Positions 23,302-38,100 of a stretch of 64,000 nucleotides of DNA are shown here, one piece after another (the first letter of the stretch is position 1; each line of letters starts with the position of its first letter). This DNA comes from Macrostomum lignano (lineage: Eukaryota): positions 806,001-870,000 of the forward strand of contig NIVC01000292.1 in the NCBI GenBank assembly GCA_002269645.1, written 5' to 3'. The notes below the pieces were generated by a model. It saw only the letters and a list, made by a program, of their open reading frames with translations, had not been told where the DNA came from and ran no database searches. Both the position numbers and the translations under genes were made by a program.

Positions 23302-26300
23302 CGGCGCCTGCCCTCACTCTTGATTGTGTTTTGTAAGATTGTGACTGATAATGAATGACAACTAGGAGTCCTCTAGTGGGGCTCGGTTGCAGGCAAATTC
23401 CAGTCTTGCCACACGGTCTGGTTTCACAGAATCGAGCTAGTAAAACGCTATCGCAGGTTTTTTAACTGGAGGATTGTTTATGGAATTTTCCTGCAAACTG
23501 GTTGATCCCCCGCCGCTCGGATGGTTCCGCTTTTACTCGGACTCGACTGTCGCGATGCCTCCCATGGCGCTTAGACACCCGCCTGTGTTTGCTGCCCCCC
23601 TCCCCTGCTCTGCCTCTGTCTGCTTTTTTCTTACTCAGACTTCAGCGCTTTTCTACATCATCTCAATAAGCAAAGCTTGCTACTGCGTCCGCCCCTGGCC
23701 CTACGGTTCTGATTAATTATTTATTAATTTGCAGTTAATAGCCGCCCTCCTCCAGACTGCCCAAGCCGACTGTTTTGCTAGATTCGTAGCGTACATTTCT
23801 TACATACAGTAAGCTTTAATCTCACGTCACTAATACTGATTAATAATGATAATATTATATAATAATCTGCTTGGCGGACTTGACAGCACAATTGGCCTTT
23901 GGCGCTGAGATATTTTTGCTCCGGTTCAACTTGCGCTTATTGAGCGGCATTCTGTAATTTTATCTCATATCTGCCTTGCGCGGCTTATGTATACTACTCA
24001 CCAAATGCCGATTTGTTAGTAGTATGTATCGCCAGGGACACTATTATAATAATGATAAAATCAATATTTTTACTATTTAGTGCTAAACAGGAAGGTGCCA
24101 TCCAATGTCAGTGCTCATTGGTCCAGTGCAGTCTAGAGTGCGCGCTCGCCAGAGTAACTTCCCCTCAAGACTGGTTGGTCAGCAGTTCTTCCATCCTTGG
24201 TGCAGAATCCGACATCGTCAGCAGCAGAAAGCGGTGGCTTCAAGCCCTCAGTGCCTTTTGTGTGTGTTCGTCCCAAAATAAATCAGTAAGGCAGTAGAGC
24301 TCTTTAATTTTTTCGACGTATGTCGATGTGTCAGCCGGCCTTTTCTCAATATCCCCAGCGAAATGTCCCCTTTCCTGCCGACACTTTTCTCCGTGGTTTT
24401 CTGAGTTCATTGTTCTCCTTTTATTTTTTTAACAACTGTTATCACACAGCCAGTTTGGGAATTACAATTATATTTCTAAGAAAATTTACACGACGCTTCA
24501 TTTTAACGGTTGAGGTTTCTGCTCTTCTATTGTTGCATTCTAAAAACTGAAAATTTGTCTTGCAATTTCCTTTTTTCCGAGCCAAAGTTATAATAAGCTG
24601 ACCTGCAGACGCTAAAAATGAGGATCAAAACATAAGCGAAAATGATGCATATTTTCAAACAGATCCGTTAGACTTGTTTTACATATGATCTCCATTGATT
24701 ATGTTCATGTAAATCTTCTGTGACTATGTATGGGCATTCAGACTCATCACAAAATTTTTCGAAAAACATGCCTTTGAAGACTTGAAGACGCAAGAAATTT
24801 GAGAAGCAGCGCAACTATTGTCAAGCTCTATACGTTAATAAACGGAAAAAACCATTCGGAATATGATTATTCAACGTTTCCTTTTTATTGTGAAAATCTA
24901 TATTAATAGTTAAAAATTTAAAGATAATTCAAAGTAAGTTATGAGCTCACTAACGACGCAAGAGAACATGTCTCAAATGAGTTTGTTTTTATCCTACGTT
25001 TTAACGCGCTTTTCAAAAAGGACGCTCTCGTCTTCCACGGCCCGCCCGACACTTCTTTGCGTGCCCTCGGCAGTGTTCAAACTGCTGCCTGTTGTGACCT
25101 GGAAGTTTTGTGAAAACTGAATAGTTACAAAGGTTAAGTCAAAAAGTTTTACAGTAGCCTAATTAAATAGCTAGGAAATGTGTAGTTGTGCTCTGCATCA
25201 AGCAGATGTGTATTGAAAAGCTTAGAAGTGACTATGCCATTCAAGTTTGGCACCGTGTCAATAATGGGTGTATAAGATATAATAGCGTCGGCTAATTAGT
25301 ATCTTAATGTCATAGGCCTAACTTTATACCACATAATTCGATATATGGCTTTTTATTATATGTTAATGACTTATTGGCTTATTGCATCATAGGCCTATGC
25401 TTGAATGATATCAAGTGCAATATCAAGTACCAAGACTTCCTTGGTAGTATAGCATTGCTGGCTTTGATCCTTTACCTGTAACTAAAGTTGTAACCTATAT
25501 TTTCTCTTCTAATTATTAGTCACATTGGCACTCTTAGCTGATTAAGTCATTGGTTAATATCCTTTGTAGGGAATTGTGGCTGCTTCTATATATAACTATA
25601 GCTTACAATGATGGTGGTAGTGGTAGATAAGCTAAAATGCACAGATAGAACTTGATATATTTCTATCCTAGTATATAGAGACTTTGTCTTGCAAAGCAGC
25701 CTCAATCTGGGTTTTTTGTCTAGCTACTAGATATTAAGTGCAATTTTGCATCTATTCTAAGGTCTAATTTTAAGGTGCAAATTTTAAAAGCAGGGTTTGA
25801 CACTACTGCAAGTTATATAACTAAAAAACATTTTGTTATGCTAAGCTATCATTTTTCAGTTTCTTACAAACTTGAAAGTTAAATTTAAGAAGCCAAATAA
25901 TGATTTTTAATATAATAACTATTTTAATACATTTTGTTTTATTGACTATTGATATTGTAGCTCATGAGATATGACTCACTTTGCTTTAATAATTTAACAT
26001 CATTGGAAACTAGTTTAATTTATTAAAATCTAAATTACATGTATCTGAATCAAAATTAAATTTTAGAGACTGAAATCACATTGTGGCTCATATTTTAGGG
26101 TGCAATTTTGAATTCTTAGATGCTATTTGTACCAATTTATATAAAAAACCAAGGTCTTAATACTATGTTACTCTTTTGCTAATGGCAAAATGGGAGGTTG
26201 CAATCAAGGTATTAAAGGTATATGCTTAGCTTAGATAGGCCTAAGTTGAACTTGGCTTCAACAAATTTCTTGTACTGAGATTTGTCTTTGCTTTGTATTT

Positions 26301-26486
26301 CCCAAGTGTAGGATTTATATAGACTATTGTCTATTACAAAGCTGCAATATGCCTCAATAGCTTTTATTTCTGTTGATCATCAATTGGCTTATATGACCAG
26401 GTAGCTCTAAAACTATGATAGCCTAATGATGTATTGAGCAGGACTCTTTTTCAGCTGTATTTCATAGTTAATCATATCATTAACTA

Positions 26487-26796
26487 CATATATGCGCAAC
26501 CTCCAAATTTCGGTCGGCCGTGCGACTTAGTTTTAACAAAAATGCGACATAGTTTTTGGCCAAAAAATGCGCCAAAAAAAGGCCACAGACATGTAAAAAA
26601 ACCCAAAAGCAAAATTAACGCAACTTTGGGTAAATGGCAGGAGTAACTATAACTGTCTTATAAAGCCAAAATGCATCGTCAGCTACTTAGTACTACTACT
26701 CTGTGTTTTTCGGGTCAACATTTTTGCGACTTCCTTGGTTGGCCGCCAAATCGGTCGGCCGGATCGGCCGACTCGGCCGACTGTTGCGCATGTATG
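26487..26796. mobile_element. 310-bp hAT-like MITE with 8-bp TSD
   Basis: TIR CATATATGCGCAAC versus GTTGCGCATGTATG (13 of 14 match). TSD ATTAACTA lies at 26479-26486 and 26797-26804. It has CpG-rich internal tcggccga repeats. Confidence 0.8.
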
Positions 26797-27055
26797 ATTA
26801 ACTATACATTTTACTATTTTGACCTTGGGTACTTTGGTATAGCAGATGAAAGGCTAGGTATAATAGGTGATGTTTGTCTCTGACATTTTAGTGTTTAAAA
26901 AGCAAAGACAAAGATTGGCAATAGTTGTTAATTCATAATGTTGATTCTTCTACCCTGTTGTCTTATCTTGCATCCCAGAATTAATGTTATATAAATATAT
27001 TGGTTTGGGCCTTGCGCCTATTAATTGCTCTGTTTATTATAGGTGCTTCTTACTC

Positions 27056-27469
27056 CTAGGAGTGTCCTCTGAGTAAGCCTCTGTATAAGCACAAGCCATC
27101 TTCTCAAACTCATTTTGTCATGCCAAGCCTCTCAAGTGATGCAATGCCTTCCTAAGACACTGCTCCTGACCTGCCTTCTGGGACATCCATTAGGAGCTCA
27201 ATGTCAATTGTCATTCCAGCATGTCACTTAGAGGCAAAGTTGAGATTCAGCTAGCCTCATTTGATGGCAACTGCCTAAACTATAGCTGTGAGGTTCAGGA
27301 AGATGCTCTAGTATAGACAAGGCAGGTCATCCTGCAGAATGTAGAGGTATAGGATCACCTTGGGTGCCACATCTCAAGTGACGTCTGTGAATGCCTTCTC
27401 AAACTCTATTGCCTCCTAAGCAATGGCCATGACACAGAAAGGCAACTGGACTAGGTTGGCCACATAGTC
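27056..27469 (-). pseudogene. Fossil coding frame destroyed by TAG/TGA stops, possibly a KAP-family NTPase fragment
   Basis: A 138-codon frame with GC3-rich codon usage reads DYVANLVQLPFCVMAIA*EAIEFEKAFTDVT*DVAPKVILYLYILQDDLPCLY*SIFLNLTAIV*... It has 6 TAG, 5 TGA and 0 TAA stops. The family guess rests on one motif only. Confidence 0.5.
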
Positions 27470-28274
27470 TCGTCATATGGACCATTGACATTCCATGGTA
27501 GGCATATATGAGAGCTACCTGGGTTTGCAAGGCCACAGACAAGGTCATGTCAATCAGGGAGGCCACTACCCTCTTGGGACTTTTTATGATGATATTGATT
27601 GATATTGCTACCTACTATTGCTGTCTAGGCATTCAGGGGTTGCATTGCTAAAGCCTTGCTAAGAGCAGGCCTACTAAGCTGTATGCAGGTACTAGTCATG
27701 CTGCCACACTTTAGCAGTTCTGCAAAGTGGTATAGGTTCAAGTTGCATGTGCTTGCACATTTAGCAGAGCCCAAATGCCAGCCAATTTTTTATCAATTAT
27801 AATAGCTTCTGTAAGCATCTATATTGATGCACTTAAACTAATTTTGTTTTAATTTGCAAGTTGCTAAGTAACAACTTCTATAGTTGTTATAGCATCCCCT
27901 AGCTACGAGGGGCTAGCTACGCATAGTCATACGAGTAAGTTTTAGGCTTTCTTATTACTATTACGAGCTATGCCCAAAACAGGGTAAGTTAGAAAGCATT
28001 GCAGTTGCCCATTGCCTCTAATTATCCAACCCTCTATCATCGGTGTGAGCATTTGGTTCTGCTTTACTAATTGCTCACCTGAGCGCTGAGTTCCTCTCCC
28101 TCAATCAGCTAGTTCGCTGCACCTGTCACCTCCACCCCGCTGCCCCTTTAATTGCTGGGCCAGCCATGCAGTCAGTTTGGTGACAGAAGCCGCTGTACAC
28201 CCTGCTCAGGAGTACATAAGCATGAATGCCTGCTTATGCAATGCAACCCGCAGCCAAGCAGCCAGCCAGCAGCC

Positions 28275-28724
28275 ATGGAGCGCACCTACATCATGATCAA
28301 GCCGGACGGTGTCCAGCGCGGCCTTGTTGGCAAAATCATCAAGCGATTCGAGCAGCGCGGCTTCCGCCTGGTTGCCATGAAGATGATGCAGCCCGGCCGG
28401 CCGCTGCTTGAGGAGCACTATGGCGATCTCAAGGCCAAGCCGTTCTTCCCCGGCCTTATCGACTACATGCTGTCCGGCCCGGTGGTCTGCATGGTCTGGG
28501 AGGGCGAGGAGGTGGTCAAGATCGGCCGCATGATGCTGGGCGCCACCAAGCCGATTGACAGCCTGCCCGGCACCATCCGCGGCGACTATTGCATCGTGAC
28601 TGGCCGCAACATCGTGCACGGCTCGGACGCGGTGGCCTCCGCCCAGAAGGAGATCGCCCTGTGGTTCAAGCCGGAGGAGCTGGTGGACTACAAGCTGGCC
28701 AACCATGGCTGGATCTACGAGTAG
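28275..28724 (+). CDS. NME: Nucleoside diphosphate kinase, group I (NME1/2-like), 149 aa, intronless CDS
   Basis: [19 protein letters not shown]..., GTIRGD and the catalytic NIVHGSD motif. ATG at 28275, TAG at 28724. Confidence 0.95.
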   Translation: MERTYIMIKPDGVQRGLVGKIIKRFEQRGFRLVAMKMMQPGRPLLEEHYGDLKAKPFFPGLIDYMLSGPVVCMVWEGEEVVKIGRMMLGATKPIDSLPGTIRGDYCIVTGRNIVHGSDAVASAQKEIALWFKPEELVDYKLANHGWIYE

Positions 28725-29212
28725 ATCTGGAGCATGACCTGCCCCAGCTGTCTGATGCGACTGACTCTGTCTGTTAATGCTATAGCCCAACTCCTCAGTA
28801 ACTTAGCTCTCTTTTCATTCTCTATATTATCTGGGTTTGTAGCTTTTCTTAGTCTGTTCTGGTTCCTCTTCTCTGTTCTCTATGAAGCTTTGGCACCAGC
28901 TTTTGCCCTTGATGCGTTAGATTATGAGCACCCTAATTGCAGTGTTAACAATGCAGAGACCAGTTGCTTTAGTTTGTTAAGTTGGCCCTGCCGATTGCCC
29001 CGGCAGAATTGACCGCCTGTTCTTCTTGCAATACACGAATGAAAAGCGCTTAAGTTGCTTGCTTGTCTCCAGCTTGTTGGTCAACTGCTTCTTTGCACTT
29101 GTTTTCAATTTTGATTTTTTTCCCGTAAGGCTACTGGCAGTAGTGTTTTGAGCAAGCTAGGCAAATTTATTTCTTAACAATAAGTAACTCAAAGTAGGTC
29201 TCTGCAACTATC

Positions 29213-29702
29213 TTGTATTCCCAGTGTCTCATACCCGGTATTTCCTGTGTCTCATACCCGGTATTTCCAGTGTCTCATACCCGGTATTCCCAGTGTCTCA
29301 TACCCGGTATTCCCAGTGTCTCATACCCGATATACCCAATGTCTCATACCCGGTATTCCCAATGTCTCATACCCGGTATTTCCAGTGTCTCATACCCGGT
29401 ATTTCCAGTGTCATACCCGGAATTCCCACTGTCTCACACTTGGTATTCCCAGTGTCTCATACCCGGTATTCCCAGTGTCTCAGACCCGGTATTCCCAGTG
29501 TCTCATACCCGGTATTCCCAGTGTCTCAGACCCGGTATTCCCAATGTCTCATACCCGGTATTCCCAGTGTCTCATACCCGGTATTCCCACTGTCTCATAC
29601 CCGGTATTCCCAGTGTCTCATACCCGGTATTCCCACTGTCTCATACCCGGTATTCCCAGTGTCTCATACCCGGTATTCCCAGTGTCTCAGACCCGGTATT
29701 CC
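29213..29702. repeat. 23-bp minisatellite (TTCCCAGTGTCTCATACCCGGTA)
   Basis: About 21 tandem units. It is the source of ORFs 29213-30075. Confidence 0.95.
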
Positions 29703-30241
29703 GGGTTTCGCACGGGCACAGGTTTCGCACGAGATCACAGCTAGTATATGGGACATTATGTATTCGTATTCTATCCATGGCCGTCTGGTTGCCCCTCCCC
29801 ATCCCCACTACTCCCGTCTACCGCCACCCGCCTCCTCCCTCCCGTCTCTCCCGCGCCACTTTCCCGCCATCGATCGATCGAGCCGCCTCTCCATCTGCTG
29901 CTACGGCAGCTTTTGCTGCTTTCGGGCTTATCTGACTCCCCTCTCTTTCCCTTGTAAACCCGGGGGCGTGCGCGCATCTTCCCTTAGGCCGGGGAATATT
30001 TCTCTCTCGAGTGGCCCTCGCTGCCCACGCGGCCTGTCTTTATTGGCTGTTGCAGCTGCCAGTCTATGGGACTGACGGCATTCCACTCGGCGTGACTCAC
30101 CCGGCCGTCAGTGGGATGTATATAATAACCCACTTATTTGGCTTAGTCTGCTTTCGCTTATAAGATAGCGCCTTATTAATAACTTATCGTGTTTTATTAT
30201 TCCAGCTTTCAAGCTAAACCAGCTACAGACACTGCCGAATC

Positions 30242-32471
<2,230 letters not shown>

Positions 32472-33054
32472 GAGACGCCTAATTAGCATCTCATTAGTTA
32501 TGCGGAGTGCGAACTGAACTGACCAGAATGCTTCATCATTGCAGCTTACCGAAAGCTCCTCAATTTTAATCTCCAGCTTCGCAACTGAGTCACAGCTTAC
32601 TCGATTGACCAGATATCCAGTTTATTAGTAATAGTAATTCTCGGCTGAAATTTTGCTTTTAATTTACCCGACTCCGTATTCGAATATCCGACTCTGCTTT
32701 TCTAAGTTGCAATTTTTATTTTCGTTTTTAAATAACTGCATTTTCACTCTATTATTAATATTTAGCTGAAATTTTATTACCGCATTGCTTTGCTAATTCA
32801 TTATTGTAGTTAATTAATTATTAATTTAGTCGCTGCTCTTTTGCCGCTAATCTCGGTAAAGCTGTGCGTGAACTTTAAACAGCGCAATGCAATTCATTTA
32901 TCGTTTAACTTATTAATATCCATTCAAATTTATAACAGCTTCCAATAACTGACGCTTGCCGAGCGCAAGTTTACTAATAATTACCGTCTTCGATCGCTTA
33001 TAAATATCACTGTGATTGTCAGCCTTGTGTTCTTTATTTCTGGGTCAGCTGAAT

Positions 33055-34240
33055 CGCATTGGTATATCCTCACGCTCAGCTGTTATATCCTCATTCACTG
33101 CGGTTTTATCCTCATTCACTGCGGTTGAATCCTCATTCACTGCGATTGTATCCTCATTCACTGCGGTTGAATCCTCATTCACTGCGATTGTATCCTCATT
33201 CACTGCGGTTATATCCTCATTCACTGCGGTTATATCCTCATTCACTGCGGTTGAATCCTCATTCACTGCGGTTGAATCCTCATTCACTGCGGTTGAATCC
33301 TCATTCACTGCGGTTATATCCTCATTCACTGCGGTTTTATCCTCATTTACTGCGGTTGAATCCTCATTCACTGCGGTTGAATCCTCATTCACTGCGGTTG
33401 AATCCTCATTCACTGCGGTTGAATCCTCATTCACTGCGGTTGAATCCTCATTCACTGCGGTTGAATCCTCATTCACTGCGGTTATATCCTCATTCACTGC
33501 GGTTTTATTCTCATTTACTGCGGTTGAATCCTCATTCACTGCGGTTGAATCCTCATTCACTGCGGTTGAATCCTCATTCACTGCGGTTTTATCCTCATTC
33601 ACTGCGGTTATATCCTCATTCACTGCGGTTGAATCCTCATTCACTGCGGTTGAATCCTCATTCACTGCGGTTGAATCCTCATTCACTGCGGTTAAATCCT
33701 CATTCACTGCGGTTAAATCCTCATTGACTGCGGTTATATCTTCATTCACTGCGGTTGTACTCATTCACTGCGGTTGAATCCTCATTCACTGCGGTTGTAT
33801 CCTCATTCACTGCGGTTGTATCCTCATTCACTGCGGTTATATCCTCATTCACTGCGGTTGTATCCTCATTCACTGCGGTTGTATCCTCATTCACTGTGGT
33901 TATATCCTCATTCACTGCGGTTATATCCTCATTCACTGCGGTTGTATCCTCATTCACTGCGGTTGTATCCTCATTCACTGCGGTTTTATCCTCATTCACT
34001 GCGGTTGTATCCTCATTCACTGCGGTTGTATCCTCATTCACTGCGGTTGTATCCTCATTCACTGCGGTTGTATCCTCATTCACTGCGGTTGAATCCTCAT
34101 TCACTGCAGTTATATCCTCATTCACTGCGGTTATATCCTAATTCACTGCAGTTATATCCTCATTCACTGCGGTTGTATCCTCATTCACTGCAGTTATATC
34201 CTCATTCACTGCAGTTATGTCCTCATTCACTGCGGTTATA
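33055..34240. repeat. 18-bp minisatellite (TCCTCATTCACTGCGGTT.. core)
   Basis: Dozens of tandem units. It produces the TAVNED/SSFTAV pseudo-ORFs. Confidence 0.95.
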
Positions 34241-35186
34241 TTCCCACACAAAAGTATCTGCAGGGCATTCAATAATTAATCCCTAACAGTGCGTGATCCT
34301 CTTTCCCTGTCTGAGAATCTCCCAAACACTAATTCATCTGGCCGGTCTGAGAAAGCTAAAAGAGAACCGGCTCAAACTGGTTGGGCTCAAAGTGCTTGCA
34401 GGCATAAACAGTTTTATGAGGCCAGACAGCAGACAGAATGTACTTTTAAGGGAGTGCACTGCTCGGTAGAGAACTGCTCGGAAATAGAGACGGGAGGACT
34501 CGACTCGAGTATTCAGCCAGTGCGGGACAGGGCAGGCATGCTGGGGATTTTAATCCTCAGTAGTATATGTTGAGTATATTTGTTTATATGAATATTCAAT
34601 TCAGAGTTGAACTGTCAAAGTTGAGTTAATAATACTGAGAAATTACAAATAGCTCAAGTAATGTACGGCAGACATGCGAGGTCAACAGGTGCGAATAATA
34701 CGTGTGCGTTAGGCAAATTATTAATATCATTATACTACTATAATTATAAGCTAATTATATGCAACAGCAAACAGGCTATGAACTCAAATCGAACTACTTT
34801 ATGTTAGCAATCTAAAACAGCCGCTTCTCACTTCGCCAATAGTGTTCGAGGGCGCGAGAGTACATAATTGTGCTCAAATATTTGACTTTATTGTGCTATT
34901 CAATCGATTCTCTTCCAATTTTAATTCCGTTACCATGGCTACGGGAGAAGCGGGCGACGCTTGCGCGTTAAGGCCTTGACCTGGCAAAGTAAAACAGGAC
35001 TAAGAGGGTCCGGGGGGGTCAGATGAGGTCACACGGGGTCACCTGGCATGCGGGTTCGGGCGAACTCAAAAAGCAGCAAAGAAAGCAAAAGGCGAAAATC
35101 TGGCGGGCTAGAAAGGCACGCAGTCTCCTTTCTAACAGCAGAAGTCGTCAGAAGTCCTCTAAAAGAAGAAATCAGCGGCGGCCGAC

Positions 35187-38100
35187 TCAACTCTTCAGCT
35201 CGTCCTCGTATTGCTTGCGGAAGCAGTCGCCAACTGGGAAGAAATCCCAGCAGCGCTTCTGGTACAGCTCCCACACGTATGTCTCCTGGCCAGTGTACTC
35301 AGTGTCCGGCTTGTTGATCAGGTGCATCAGGAAGAACCTGCGGTGGGGTGGGGGCGGCCGGTTTCGGCTGGAGTTCTTGGCACCTGGTAGACTGGGTTGG
35401 CACCTGGTAGACTGGGGTGGCACCTGGTAGACTGGGTTGGCACCTGGTAGACTGGGGTGGCACCTGGTAGACTGGGTTGGCACCTGGTAGACTGGGGTGG
35501 CACCTGGTAGACTGGGTTGGCACCTGGTAGACTGGGGTGGCACCTGGTAGACTGGGTTGGCACCTGGTAGACTGGGGTGGCACCTGGTAGACTGGGTTGG
35601 CACCTAGTAGACTGGGGTGGCACCTGGTAGACTGGGTTGGCACCTGGTAGACTGGGGTGGCACCTGGTAGACTGGGTTGGCACCTAGTAGACTGGGGTGG
35701 CACCTGGTAGACTGGGGTGGCATCTGGTAGACTGGGGTGGCATCTGGTAGACTGGGGTGGCACCTGGTAGACTGGGTTGGCACCTGGTAGACTGGGGTGG
35801 CATCTGGTAGACTGGGGTGGCACCTGGTAGACTGGGGTGGCACATGGTAGACTGGTGACATCTAGTAGACTGGTGACATCTAGTAGACTGGGGTGGCACC
35901 TGGTAGGCTGGGGTGGCACCTGGTAGACTGGGGTGGCACCTGGTAGACTGGTGACATCTAGTAGACTGGGGTGGCACCTGGTAGACTGGGGTGGCACCTG
36001 GTAGACTGGGGTGGCACCTGGTAGACTGGGGTGGCACCTGGTAGACTGGTGACATCTAGTAGACTGGGGTGGCACCTGGTAGACTGGGGTGGCACCTGGT
36101 AGACTGGGGTGGCATCTGGTAGACTGGGGTGGCACCTGGTAGACTGGAATATGTCATCTGGTGGACTGGGTGGCACCTGGTAGACTGGGGTGGCACCTGG
36201 TAGACTGGGGTGGCACCTGGTAGACTGGGGTGGCACCTGGTAGACTGGGGTGGCACCTGGTAGACTGGTGACATCTAGTAGACTGGGGTGGCACCTGGTA
36301 GGCTGGGGTGGCACCTGGTAGACTGGGGTGGCACCTGGTAGACTGGGGTGGCACCTGGTAGACTGGTGACATCTAGTAGACTGGGGTGGCACCTGGTAGA
36401 CTGGGGTGGCACCTGGTAGACTGGGGTGGCATCTGGTAGACTGGGGTGGCACCTGGTAGACTGGAATATGTCATCTGGTGGACTGGGTGGCACCTGGTAG
36501 ACTGGGGTGGCACCTGGTAGACTGGGGTGGCATCTGGTAGACTGGGGTGGCATCTGGTAGACTAGGGTGACATCTGGTAGACTGGGGTGGAACCTGGTAG
36601 ACTAGGGTGACATCTGGTAGACTGGGGTGGAACCTGGTAGACTAGGGTGACATCTGGTAGACTGGGGTGGCACCTGGTAGACAGGGGTGGCACCTGGTAG
36701 GCTTGAATATGTCATATGGTAGACAGGGGTAGCACCTGGTAGACACAAGTGTCACATCTTAGATACAAGTGCCAGAGTTTATGCAGCACACTGATTTAGA
36801 TTTTCTGGTAAATGTCCAAAACAGGCTACTGGAGCCATTGGTGAGTAGAACGCAGTGAATTTGACTCTCACATGTAGTTGGCGAAGTTGTGCTCCTTGTC
36901 CACGTGCTTGTCGAAGCCGTGCGGCACCTTGTCGAAATACTCCTTGCCGATGCCGCAGATGAAGCAGTTGGACTCCATGTTCTCCTTCACCTGCTCCAGC
37001 TGGTCGCGGAGCTCGCCGAAGGCGTCAATGATCAGACCCTGGGGGTTGCGTTTGAGGGACAGTGGCGTAAATAATTATTATTTACCGAAATTCAGCTACT
37101 GAGAGCCTGATTGGGGATAATCCCCCCCAGACCGGCTGATTAGGGATAATTCTCCCCAAGACCGACTGATTGGGGATAATTCTCCCCCCCCCAAGATCGG
37201 CTTTGTGGGATAATTCCCCCCAGACCGGCTGATTGGGGATAATTCTCCCCAAGACCGACTGATTGGGGATAATTCTCCCCCCCCCCAAGATCGGCTTTGT
37301 GGGATAATTCCCCCCAGACCGGCTGATTGGGGATAATTCCCCCCAGAACGGCTGATTGGGGATCTCCCGCCCAAGACCAGCTGATTGGGGATAATCTCCC
37401 GCCCAAGACCAGCTGATTGGGGATAATCTCCCCCTCCCGCTAACACCGGCTGATTGGGGATAATCTCCCCCTCCCGCTAACACCGGCTGATTGGGGATAA
37501 ATCTGAAGAAAATTCGGCCAAGAATCCGCAAGAGCTCGGCACTGGCCCGCTGTGATCCCCCGACAGCCGCAGGCGCCCACCTGGATGATGGCCAGCAGGA
37601 TGACGATCACGAAGAAGAAGAAGGTGATGTCGAACAGGATGCGGTACACCTCGTAGGGGTCGCCGTCGGGCGACTCGATCTCGTCGCCGATGCCGCCGCC
37701 GGCGCGCAGGCCGGTGTGCATGTGAAACACGAAGCAGGTCAGCATGTCGTGGCACTTCAGGTCCTTCGCCCCGCCGTCGCCCTCCTTGACGTAGAACCGG
37801 CGGAAGAAGTTGAAGGCCAGCACGGTGTACAGGTAGATGATGATGGAGGTCAGCAGCACCGTGAGCACCAGCTGCTTGCCGTTATGCGTCACGGACTGCA
37901 GGATGGTGCGCAGCGTCTTGAAGCCGATGGCCACGTCCAGCAGGTGGCAGGCGAAGAAGAACTGATTGAAGTTGCCGATCAGCGAGGCGATCAGGTAGAA
38001 CAGCAGGTACAGGAAGGAGTTGTCGGTGAGGATCACGCCCCACTTCCACACCAGGTACTGCACATCCAGCCCGCCCAGCAGCCGGCTGATGAGGCCCGGG

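Noticed and set aside
20835-23317. Numerous overlapping ORFs across the DNAJC14-like gene, and antisense ORFs over the NDPK, tubulin and RyR exons
   Set aside because: They are shadow ORFs expected from very high GC3 content, with no recognisable domains.
27056-27469. Alternative genetic code or stop readthrough (TAG=Gln, TGA=Arg/Trp/Sec) to rescue the fossil ORF
   Set aside because: Intact genes in this window terminate with TGA (kinase, tubulin, RyR) and TAG (NDPK, DNAJC14-like, EF-hand). The parallel loss of CpG and the excess of CTA point to mutation rather than recoding.
33016-36553. Long repetitive ORFs ([23 protein letters not shown]), and likewise those at 29213-30075, 56825-58427 and 61395-63159
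   Set aside because: They are translations of minisatellites, often open in several frames and on both strands, and most lie inside introns of identified genes.
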